Assembly: GCA_904063045.1 (NCBI GenBank)
Contig: CAJFCJ010000039.1
Span: 62,001-126,000, forward strand
Length of the DNA: 64,000 bases
Source: Dimorphilus gyrociliatus
Lineage: Eukaryota > Animalia > Annelida
Direction: 5' to 3'
How positions within the stretch are numbered: the stretch's first letter is position 1; every line of letters starts with the position of its first letter. The notes beneath the pieces were generated by a model that made no database searches, had not been told where the DNA came from, and saw only the letters and a list, made by a program, of their open reading frames with translations. Made by a program: the position numbers and the translations under genes. This document shows, one piece after another, positions 36,600-49,049 of the stretch.

Positions 36600-37326
36600 T
36601 AATTCTTCAAGGGCAATCATATATTGGAGATGGTCCAATCTAAAAAAAATCCCTTTAAACCAATTGAATATTCTTGATATTTCTGTCTATTCTCGATTAG
36701 AATCTAATTGGTCTTGAGGCTTTCTACCAATATATTAACCTTTCAGCATGAAAGTAGCTTGCTCCGTTAATTTAACATTAAAAATTGCCTTGTCATTCCT
36801 TTGGTAATAACTTTACACAATCTATACGATCAGTTTCCAATCTTTGAGTATTGTTATATTTCCAAATAATGGATAACCGTTAGATCTTCCGTACTTCTCT
36901 ATCGATCCTTTCAACTTGTTAATTTCAACAAGTTTAGAAACAGGTGGCGCTTCACCCATACTTCTCATTTAATCACCTTGAAATGGAAGATTTTCACTCC
37001 AGGGTTCTGGAGAGGTGTAAGCAATTGCTGAATTAATAAACGGCTCCCTCCCTTGCAGTATATCACTTATGTAATAAGTTAAAGCGAGAACAGACGCACT
37101 GCAAGTACAGTAATGTTCATAAATAATTCAAGCTCAGAGAATAATGCGAAGAGATCTTTACAGTATCGTAAAAGAATTTCCACTGACAAAAGGCCCAGAT
37201 TTTATATTGGGAAACAGGTAGAACGAAGAACTAAAACCGCCAATCGATCCTGGATGTGAAGATTGTCGATAACCTATTTAGAGCGGTTTCTTCAGTCTTA
37301 ATTCAACAATATCTTGTTCTATTGGT

Positions 37327-37363
<37 letters not shown>

Positions 37364-38855
37364 GAAAGAATAGAAGAGACAGATAAATTCCCAGAAGTTC
37401 CAATATACAAATCTTCAAGTGTAAGATCTTCAATAGAAGAGAAGGATATTCTCTTTAGTAGAAAAGAGATAGAAAAATGTATGAATGCTATACATTGTAT
37501 ATATAGTATAATATGACAAAGACAAAGTATAAGTTTTATATTGTATTACGGATATTTCTTTCAGATAAAAAAGATAAACTTAATAAAATACACAAGAAAT
37601 ATATTCTGAAATTCGAACACTTGTAGTACTAATCATTTGAATATTATCAGCGTTAAAAGTTGAGGTGAATGAATTTTTCCTGAGTTGAATTCTCTTCAAG
37701 GATTCCCTTCCTCTTTGTTGCCTTTAAATAAATCATTATTTCAATTTGTTAACATTCCCAATCTCCTACATACACTTGCATCTTTAGTTGGGCTGGGAGT
37801 GTCTTTTTTAGTCCCATCCCCCTTACCAGGATGATGGCATTTGACTCGATAGCTTCTCTATCGATTCTTTTGGTTTTTTGTGTCGATATTGTCATTTAAT
37901 TGTTCAAATTTGAAATTAGATCCCTATTAAACACGTTTAAAGGGTTGAACACATGTTTTTTGAGGGCTTCTTCAAACATTTTACCAGTTAACCTTTCAAC
38001 AATGCAGCCACCGAAAGAAACGCGTACGCACTATATCTAGTTGAAAAGAAAAGAAAGGTAAGAAGGAAAGGAAGAAGAAAAAGAAAAAGAAGAGAGAGAA
38101 GAAGAAAGAGAAGGTTGCGAAGATTAAGTTTCGTATAAATTCTTATTACGAAAATTTTCCGAAAAAAGCTCGTTAAATTATTTCTATTTTATGTAGATTG
38201 TATTAACGACAAAATGGCGGATAATCTCAGTAGATTTTGCCATCTTAATAATAGCATCTATAGTAATCTATAATTTATCCACATTCTCTACTAAATCCTA
38301 CAGATTCTAAACGTCCCAATCGTTCACGATACTCTTGACGATCGCTATCCAAATCCCATCCAAACGATCCAACTCAACACATCAAATGGTCAAATGGCCC
38401 AGAGAGAATATCACTGATTTTGGCCCTGTTTGTATCGATTACATTCCCAAAATCGATAGCAGGGATTATCTCTTTAATTAAAGTATCTGTATTAAAAATA
38501 GAAATGGCTAAAACCTAGAGATTAGTGAAAATAAGGGAATAAATAGTTTAAAAGTAATATTAAACCAAGGAAAGAAGAGATACAGTAAAAGCTTTGTTAA
38601 ACGAACCAACGTACAAATCTTTTATACTCATCAACTAGATTATTAATAGAATTCAATTTGACTAGATCAAAAACTTTGGTCATATCTACCTTATTTTTGT
38701 CAATAAGAGTAGTCATAACGTTAACTAAACTCTTGCAATCTGTTGTCAGGCGGATAATATGTCTGATCCTTTCTTGGTAGGCAAAAGAAAGTTGCAAAGC
38801 TGAAAAGTACTCGGAAGGGGTGGGAAAAAAGGTGACAACAGTATCTTTTCATCAT
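36600..38855 (-). pseudogene. Decayed tandem paralog of the adjacent beta-lactamase-like gene
   Basis: All four exons recognisable in order: YVGSFNKAFT (vs FSIGSLSKAFT), RQEYRERL, GCIVERLTGK..DLISNLNN, KRIDREAIES, IHSPQ, HPGSIGGF..LFPNIKSG, LTYYISDILQGREPFIN..PEPW. Same acceptors retained at 38036 and 37098. Frameshifts near 38605 and 38015; stops at 37898-37896 and 36971-36969. Confidence 0.85.
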
Positions 38856-40174
38856 ATATATCAGAGAAGGATAGAAAGATTGAGAGAGCTAAAACTAGAG
38901 GAGGAAAAAGAACAAGATAATGTATATAATGCAAATAGTAATATACAATATATACACCAATATAATGGCGCGTACTGATATCAGATCTGAATGTTTAATT
39001 ATTTTAAGATAAAACAATTTGAGCGATGATTAAGAGAGTAAGATAGTAAAAATTGGTCGTACATAGCAAAAAGTCATCTGATAAGAAAAGTAGTAAGAAG
39101 GAGAAGGATAAAAGGAATTGCTTATGCAATTTTCTCATATAGAATCATCATTTTTCCGCAAATTTCAAAGATATTTAGGAAGAAATGATGGTTAGATGTT
39201 TATTTATTCGATTGATTTTTAAGTTGTCTATTATTAATCAAAGTCGCTAAGAACAAAACATCAAATGCAATGGATACTTGGTCACGCATACGATTATTCT
39301 CTTATTTCTTTTATCCTTACTTAAACGCTTGCTTAAACGATGTTGAGGAGAGAAGGAAGAGGAGGCAAAAGAGCTTTTATTGAGACAAAGGTAATTATAT
39401 TAATATATATTTTTCTATTGTACGTGTCCGATATATATATATATTAGTAACTTTATCAATATTCATGTGAGTTTTATATATCTATATCAAGTTGTCGAGC
39501 TACATGTATTGCATTTTCGTACGGTGCACAGTATATGTTAGGAGTAGTTTTTTTTTAAGACCACGGCACATGCTGTGGCGGCAGTGGCCTCGTATCTTTC
39601 GAGTAAATCGATTAAAGAGAAAAGATAAGTGTTGTTGTTCTGTCAACAGTCTATCACTTCTATTCAGAATATAGAAATATTGCCCAAGGCCTTTTTATTA
39701 TTCCATTAACAATTAAGATATTTCGCCATTGGGGCCCTAAAATTTTTCTAATGCGTATCTTACTAGGAGGGTTATAGCGGGAATCGAGAGAAAGAGGGAA
39801 GGGGTAAGGGAGAAAGAGGGACGGAGGGATAGAGAGGAAGAGAGAAAGAGAGAAAGAGAGAAAGAGAGAAAGAAAGAGAAATGAAAGAGACGGAAGGAGG
39901 AGTAGTCAAATAACAATACGAGAAAGGGGCTTATTCTTAAATTGAAATGGAGAGAATAGGGTAAAAATAAACGTTTATATTCTCTTTAGTCAAATGAGCC
40001 AAAAAAAAGCCAATTAACTTAGTTCAATTCAATTCAAATGTTCGTTCTGTTATCTAAATTGGACTATCTGAATAAAAGAGAAAAAAAATTGACCCAAATT
40101 TCGTACAATATAAAAAAAGAGACTTGGAAATATACATATAATATACGTATATATATATATAAGAATACATATAC

Positions 40175-40207
<33 letters not shown>

Positions 40208-41360
40208 ACAAATAAGGAAAAAAGGTTATTTTGTTATATAAATCTCAATTTTTTTTAATTTTGTTATATGTTTTTTTTTTAAAAAAAAAATAGAAAAAAA
40301 ATTTACTTGAGCACTTTTTCGAACTATTCAATATTTTTATGTATTTTTTTTCTTTTTGTTATTTCTATTATTCTCTTATATTCTTTTGTTGAAAAAAAAT
40401 ATTTATCGCCATCTGGCGCCTGAATTTTTCATTCGTCATAATCTCAAATAAAATTCTCTAAATAAACATTTTGAACTGGAGTGCTTGTCAATATTATATT
40501 GATACTAACCGATTGCCTTTCAATTTAACTACAACAACAAATTTGATTGAATAAACTTTAGCAAAGAGCCGTTCAATTGTTTTTTACCAACTCACTTTAT
40601 TGGCAGCAGGTACGAACTCTTTTCAACATTATCTAAATTTTATTGATGGGTTTAGGAGAAGAGTGAAAGAGCGAATGAGAGAGAAAATATTTCATAAAAA
40701 AACAAAATAAAAAAACAAAATCATATAACGTTGGCCAGAACAAAAAATTTTACTAAGAGAGGAATGAGAATGCAGACAATTTTTCTACCCTAAAAACCTA
40801 AACTTTAAGGATTCTATTTGTGCTGTGTAACCATCGATTGTGAAAAACCCAGAACACGATTTATCACTCTTCTTCTCAACCAACTTGTTCGAAGAGGGAA
40901 AAAGACATAAACAAAAATAGAATAAAACAATAACAAATCGAAAAAGGAGGATTTTTAGAGAAGAAGAAGAAGGATAAAAGAATAGAAGGAAAAGCAAGGA
41001 AAGCGAACAAAAAAATAACAAAATAAATAAAAAAAAAAACACCAACAAATTCTCTTGTCTTACTATAAAGATCTATGACTTTTTTCACCCTAATCTCTTC
41101 TCTCTATCAAATCATCTAATGTGAAATGAAAATTGCTGAGAAGGTAAAAAAAATAACTATTTTCTTTTTTCCTGTCCCGAATCTATTGTTCATACAGTAA
41201 GGTTCGCAATAGTAGCTTTTCAATATTCGATACGCGGCCGCTTTACACAATTCATTTCATTTTAGGTTATACGAAAGAATGTTCTTTAAAGGAATTCTTT
41301 TTTTTTCTTTCTTTCTTTCGTGCTCTATTCTTTCTTCGGCCTTGCACAGGACAGGGCTTC

Positions 41361-41397
<37 letters not shown>

Positions 41398-41954
41398 TAG
41401 AAAGAAAGGGAGAAAGGGAGAGAAAGAGAGAGAGGGGGAGGGAGGGAGGGAAAGAGAGAAAGAGAGAGAAAAATATAGGGAAGGGAAGAGAAAAAGTAGT
41501 CTTTTTCGTGGAAAATTTGTTCAACTTTGTAATGCAAAAAATAGCGGTTACGTAGGACGTGCCATTTATAGTTTTACCTACTCTGAATATAGCTTTAGGC
41601 ATTAGCCATATATGGTTTGTGACTGTGTTTTTTGTATGTTATTTCTCCTTTATTCTCCCTCCCACCACCTCTGTCTTTTTTTTTCTTGGCTATTTTATAC
41701 TTGGTCTTACTTGTTGCAATGAATTGACAATGAATAAGGAATTAATTAAGTAATCAATAGCGACAATTAAATTACTCTGTAAAGAAAGTGCTCGTCGCAA
41801 ATTTCATCTCTCCTCGAAATCTGCGAAATCTAAAGGGAAATTACGAATAAAATGATAAGTGTAGACCTTTAAATTTAACATTTCTTTTTTAGTATTCGCC
41901 TACGCTTATTGAATAGTACAATATCTATTTATCATTATTATTATTACTATTATA

Positions 41955-41989
<35 letters not shown>

Positions 41990-42969
41990 TATATACAATT
42001 ATACGCTAGCTGTATATACTACAATTTCTTAACAAGATTATTATTAGTTTCCTCCCGGCGCCATCTACGGGCCAATAAATGCGTAAATAATACTGCATAT
42101 TTTTCCAGACTGTATGTACACGTCTTATTTACCTTTACTGAAAAGATTAATAACGTTTGTTAAAGGTGCGTTTTTTGAATGCTTAGACAGAAATCCATGG
42201 CTTAAATGAAAGTTAATTTAAATATCCTCTTTTTTATCTTATCTTTAATCAAAGATTGCTTCTAAAACCATGAAAAAGCATACGAGTAAATAAGCGGTCT
42301 AGTAAAATAATACTTTATTAATGATGTTAGTTCGTTAGTGTTAATTTGCAGTGACCCAAATATTGTACTGCGGCAGAGTGCACTTGATAAAGTTGACATG
42401 ACCCACATACAGTATATCAATTCATATGCAAATAATTCGCAACAGATGAATAGATTAAAAATGCATAAGGGATGTCAAAGAGTAACATATTCCGGCAAGG
42501 TAAACATTTAACAACTGGGCTTTAAAAAGCAATTAGTTGGAATTAAGTGAGGTAGAAGAGTTAGACAGAGAGGAAGGAGACTACTACTCTTGAACAAGTT
42601 TGTTGTAGCAGTCAGCTAGCTAGCTAGCTCTTTTTCTCCTTACATACATGGTAAAATATATATATATATATATACTATACTCTGTATATATAGTATAGTA
42701 TATATGTATATATCCCTTTTCCTCCCTCTCTCTCTATCGCAGTCTATTCGTGTTTTAACCGCTCACAGACTCTCTTTGTCTTTCACCCTTTACCTTTTAT
42801 AACCCTACCCCCTTCCCCCTACACCAAACACATCAAACGCCGTCCGCACTCAGCAACAGTTTCATACCAGAAATTGATTTATTATCGAATTATAGGAAAT
42901 TGGATACAATACAACTGTAATAACTCGACTCTAGGCCCAGTTATTCTAAAAAATTTTCCGTTTTCGCTC

Positions 42970-43320
42970 GGTTTTATGAAGGCGCCGGCCGTTTTAAGTA
43001 TATCTGAGTTCGTATCGCCGAAATAAAAGCGGAATTGTGCCAGCTGTGACTAACGCTTGATCGATGTTTGGCCGGCAGCATTTTGTAGTATTGCGGTTTA
43101 TGTGAGGTATGTTTATGAATATAATTTTCAATTTGAAAAAAATTATCACAATCCCAAAGAGTAGATTCCCTTTCAAAGTCACGAACGATCGTGATAGGAC
43201 GGTCAGATTTCTTTCCTAGGTGGCGCGCGCTGTTCGTCGTCGCCAGATGTCGCGCGGCGTCGTTGACAGCGCAATAGAATATTGAATGGCGGCGGGAACA
43301 GTGCACTGATCACTGATCCG
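42970..43320 (+). promoter_or_regulatory. CpG-rich promoter/5' region of PTB gene
   Basis: Dense CG dinucleotides (ggtggcgcgcg, gtcgcgcggcgtcg) immediately upstream of the ATG at 43400. Confidence 0.55.
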
Positions 43321-43399
43321 TATCCTCTCTCTCTCTCTCTCTCTGTTCTTTTCTGTCAACGCAAAACGATTCTACTCTTAATTTTCTCTACGTAAAACA

Positions 43400-45088
43400 A
43401 TGTTAGCTGTGGACGCGGCGACAGGAGGACTAGTCGTAATCCCGGCAAATACCGCCCCAACTTCCGCCGCTCTTCCTCCGTCCAACGCCCTTTTTCTGAC
43501 GCCGCAGTCGACCATTGGCTTACAGAACGTTTCTTTAAAGGTATGCTGTTTGTTCTAGTTAAATAGAGGAGCGCCTAACTACCTTTTTATGCGTATTGGG
43601 AATTTTGCAATATTGTTTGGTGCACCTGTTCTATAGGGAGCGCACCTCTCTCTCTCTCTTTCTCTCTTACTCTTTCGCTGTGTCTCTCTCGATCTCTCTC
43701 TCTCAATCTCTCTCAATCTCAATCTCTCGATCTCTCTCAATACGATAGTTTGGTTCAGAAAATTGACGGCCTAAATTGTAATATTTGCGATTAGGAGAGT
43801 AAACAGTTGGTCTTACCTCGTACTACCATTGTATAGGTATGATTGAACATAGGAATGCAAAGGTGATATGATTGCTTTTATTGGATAGGAATAGAACGAA
43901 AACGAGCACCAGTAAATAAGTGTAGAGAGCATTTTAGATATATCTATAAATATATGTATTAATAAAAGAGTTAGATTTATCTCATTCACATATATATATA
44001 TATACTGTATATATAAAATATGAATACGTAGCTCGATAAAGGAATGTATATATATTTGAATGAGAGAGAGAGAGAGAAAAAATTGTAGATAACAATTACT
44101 AGGACCAGATAGAAATTGACACTAATAAAACGTGAACGATTATTTGAATAAAATGTCGCTTATATTCTCCTAGCCTGTGCATTTGTTTAATTTCTGCATT
44201 TTAACGATAATGGGCGCGTATTTGTCTACCTTTTCAACTATTACAAAAGGTTTGCAAGATGGCTAGAACATGATGCAAATATTTATGTAATTCTAATCAA
44301 TTAAAATACGAGCCAAGTTTTTTTTTTCACGTAATCCTCTCGCTCTCTCTATCTATCTATTTATCTATTGCTCTCATTCTCCCTTATATTATATAAGCAT
44401 ATATATAAAAAATATATATATATGCATATATCGCTCTATTCCCTTATCTTACTAAGTCTTATTGTACCTCCTACCCTCTATATTTCTTTTCTCATTCCTC
44501 CTTTTTCCCATTTCAAACAGCGCACCGCCGAACAGCAACAACCGCAACAACTGTCTTCTGCGGAGGAGAGTCAAGACGCGAAGAAAGTCAAATTAGATCT
44601 AACTCCTTCTGAACAGAGCCAACCGTCAAGAGTGGTACACTTCCGTTCGGTTCCGGCAGACGCTACGGAGCTCGATATTGTCCAACTAGGCATTCCGTTT
44701 GGTCGTATGACCAATTTGGTATTAGCAAAGAAGAAGAATCAAGCCTTACTAGAAATGGACGAAGTACAAAGTGCCCAAGCACTGTTGGAGTATTACTCTG
44801 AAAGACAGCCTACGGTTAGAGGACGTCCCGTTTACGTTCAATATTCCAATCATCAGCATTTGAAGACGGAACAGGAGGGCCAAAGTCCCGAAGCCGTTTC
44901 TCCGGTTACCAGTCAAGCGGACGACAGAACCGTATTGCGAGTGATTGTCGATAATATGCTTTATCCAGTATCCATTGACGTACTCAAGCAGATATTTTCC
45001 CGTTATGGAGCCGTTTTGAAAATTGTCACGTTTAGCAAAAATAGTAAGTTTTAATTTAATTGATATTTTATTTTCTTATCCCTTCGCC

Positions 45089-45130
<42 letters not shown>

Positions 45131-48100
45131 ATGTGTTTTTTTTCCATCTTTTCTATCCCGCAGTAAATTTGACTATCATAGTCATGCCGGTTTGTATAAC
45201 TAGAATTAAATTTAAAATCGATTTTTCAAACGCATACCGTAGTCTTAATCATTTATTATTCATACGTCATGAAACAAAAATTTGAATAGAGTATTTTTCT
45301 TCTTCTTCTTTCCCTATTTTTTTCATTATCTATTAATTGTTTATCGTTTTTTTTTTCTTCTCTCTCCTTTAACAGATTTTCCAGATCAACTGCAAGCTCT
45401 TATTCAAATGTCCGAACCAATGGCTGCCCAAACAGCCAAATTTAGCTTGAATGGTCAAAATATCTACGGAGGCTGCTGTACCCTTCGGATCGACTTTTCT
45501 AAGCTGACATCGCTGAATGTCAAGTACAATAATGACAAGTCGCGGGACTATACAAATCCGACTTTACCGTCTGGAGATTCGACATCGGGAGCGTTGACCA
45601 TTGATCAAATAGGATCTCCCTACCGAACAAACCCAGCAGCACCAGGTCCGTAACCTTTTATTAAGAGTGTCTAAAATTTGATAGATAACTGTCTAGAGAT
45701 TGGTTTTGAATAATTAGGAGCTACAACATTCATTTCACCCTTCGCACCTTCGCCAGGTAAAGTGGTGAATTAAAACTCAGTCACCTTGAACTATCTATCA
45801 ATTTTATCTGCATGGCCCGTTTTAAAAAAACCACAATGTTTTTATTAGATGACCTATTACTACTATTAATTACTAATTACGACGAACCGTCTCTTTACTT
45901 TTATTTCAACGAAATTCTCCGTTTCTAATAGCATAAGCTTTCTTCCTTTCTTTCGAATTCTTTTTCCACTACTATAATTATTATTCATATTCGTAAATCA
46001 CTGTTTTTTTCCTCTCGCCCCATTATAACAAAAGAGAGTGAAAAAATAAAGTCGGATTAAACGTTCAATCACAAAAAAAACATACTTTCCGTCTTCAGCT
46101 TTTTTTCTAAAGTCTTTATATTCTCTTCGTTCTACTTTTAGTTTTATTTCCTATTCGATTATTCGTTAGTTTTATTTCTTTTTGTTTTGTTGTCGCTTGT
46201 AAAAACTTGCTAAAAAGCAAGAAAACATCAAGAAATCAACTTTCATCTCTCTTCCTTGTTTCGTTCTTCTTAGATATTCGGCTGCTTCGTCCTCCTCTGT
46301 TTTTCTCTTCTTCTTAATTTCCTTTTCAAGTCAAAAAAAAATGACAATAAAATAAAATACTTCCAGTTATTGGTCACATGACTGCTTTTTGTTAAAACAC
46401 GTATTAGAATTTGGTAACAGAAGCCGTTTAGCGTTTAAACACAATAAAAAGAGTCACGTGACTAGAAACAGAAAAACAATTTATCTAATCTGTTCATCTC
46501 ATCTTATGAACTTAAATGATATCTTTACAGTCAGGGTAACTTTTATATTAATGTGATATTTTTTTTTACTCTTTATAAACAGCTATACCGTTTATAGGAC
46601 CTTCGAGTGTACCTGGATTGAATCTACCTGGAACAACACTACGATTCCCGTCAATAAGTTCGTCTCCCGCAATCAATTCAGTTGTGCTGGTATCGAATCT
46701 GAATGAAGAAGTGAGTTAATAAAAATTTTTTCCTTATTTTTATGTTTGAAACAAAAACCAAAAAAAAACAATGAAAAACCAAAATGGCTGCATTATTCAA
46801 AAACTCTATTTTTTTTGCACTTTTTCTCAATTCTTTCAATGACAAAAAATAGAAAGGTTGTATAAGTAGGGAGGCGCTTTTTTCTGAACGTTTGACTATT
46901 TAAATATTTACGTTTATGTTAACTAAACTAAACTGGGAAAGAAAAAAAAAGTGCCGCTCTTTTTATACAATTAAAAAAAATTATTCGATTTTTGCTGACA
47001 CATTCGTGTTTTTTTCTCCTCTGCCTTGTTCCGCCGCTCCTACTCCTACTCCTCCTGATCGCTACTCATCAACGAACTAAAATTCTGCGCATTCTCATTC
47101 TAGACGGTCACGCCCGATGCTCTCTTTACCCTGTTTGGTACGTTCTCTATTCATTTTTTTTTTTTGCCGTGCATATAAACTATATACTACTATACATTCG
47201 CCATAAAATATGCAACGGCGTCGCTCTAAACGCCTGAATGCACGCTTTTTGAATATCATAGAATTATTAATATTGCTTTACAATAGGCGTCTACGGCGAT
47301 GTGATCCGCGTTAAAGTACTCTTCAACAAGAAGGACAATGCCCTTGTCCAATACAACGACCCGTCCGGCGCCCAATTCGCCATACAGCATCTTAACAACA
47401 TCCGCGTGTGGGGCAAGCCGTTGAAAGTAACCCAATCCAAGCACGCCGTTGTACAGATGCCTAGGGAAGGACAGCAGGACGCTCAGCTGACAAAGGACTA
47501 CACTTCGTCGTCTCTCCACCGCTTTAAAAAGCCTAACTCGAAGAATCATCACAACATTTATCCTCCGTCTGCCACGCTTCATCTATCTAACATTCCACCG
47601 AATGTCGGAGAACAAACCCTAAGAGATCTGTTTGGCGAATTCGGAACGATAGTCAACTTTAAATTCTTTAGGTAAGTACACTATCTTTTTGCCATTCTTC
47701 CCCTCGTCCCTTCTCTTCACCATATAAACCATATCTCTTCCCTCTATTTATACGAGGGTGGGCGACTGGTAAGAAATGAGAGCGAGAGAGGAAAGGGGAA
47801 GAGAATAGTTTTACACACTCTGTATGCCGTAATTAAAGCCAGGTTTCCATTAATTATCAATATACTCTCTTCTCTGACCAGAGAAGTAAAAATAGGTCTA
47901 CATCAATATTTAATCATTCTCGATTAGTATCTGACACACAGTAAACAAATAAGTCATAAAACTACACACCCCGCTTTTCCTGCGTCACACGCTTGCACGC
48001 TCAACATCTATTTGATTATTGATACGTTGAAAGAGAATATCTATCTATATCTTTTTTAGCCGATAGACAATTGGCTTAACACAGACAAGTAGGCCTTGAT

Positions 48101-49012
48101 GACTTATTTTTGAGTATTTAAGTTATTTCAATAGTAGTATTAGAGAGTGAGCTAACATGAATATTCCCTGTGCCTAAGAACGAAAGAGAAGCGGTAAAGA
48201 ATGAAGGGAATTTTTTATTGTGCCTATGTGTGTGCAAGAGTTGAGTGAGTATAGAGAGAAAATTATACATGCGACAGTGTTTTCGTGTCCCTACTCGTCT
48301 CTGGCTTGCGCAAACAGACTGTGTAAACAATTCGAACGGCGGCCTGTTTACCGTCGCTTTATTTGCAGCGCCGATCGGGACCGAAAAGATCGCAAGATGG
48401 CTCTCATGCAGATGGACGGTGTCGAGGAGGCCGTACACGCTTTAATCGTAAGTTGTCAACTTAGTTTCTCCGGTATCAATCGAAAAAAAGACAAAAATCA
48501 AAAACACATAAAATGATAAAAGGACCAAGAAAGAGAGAGAAAGAAAGAAAGAAAAATATGCTTTTCTTCTATATTTTATTTATCCAAATATTTCCCTTTC
48601 TCCCCTATATTATCTTTTTCATCCCTTTTGTCTCATTTAACCTTAGTTATCCATATTACACATAGCCTTCTTTCACTCTTTCAAACGCAATTACTATGAT
48701 ATTTATAAGGACTTTTACCACTTTGAGAAACATTTTGAAAGATTCATATACATTTATATATTTATATTTAAAGCGCCTTGTACACACAATCTAAATACCT
48801 AAATAATGTTTACAAACATGCAAACATACATTTGGCCATTATAGATATCTACTGTTTAATGATTAGTCTAAAAAAATATGCTTAGTCAAGTAAAAACATG
48901 GAGAAATTTCATACGCAACACGTTAATACGTATTCTATGAAAAGTACGTCTGCACAATTCTTATGCATAGTAAATGTGTATGTTTAAATAATGTACATGC
49001 ACATACACACAC

Positions 49013-49049
<37 letters not shown>

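Noticed and set aside
37381-37445. SIEDLTLEDLYIGTSG as pseudogene match to the ESSGG region
   Set aside because: Out of order relative to the KRIDREAIES and IHSPQ matches; probably chance.
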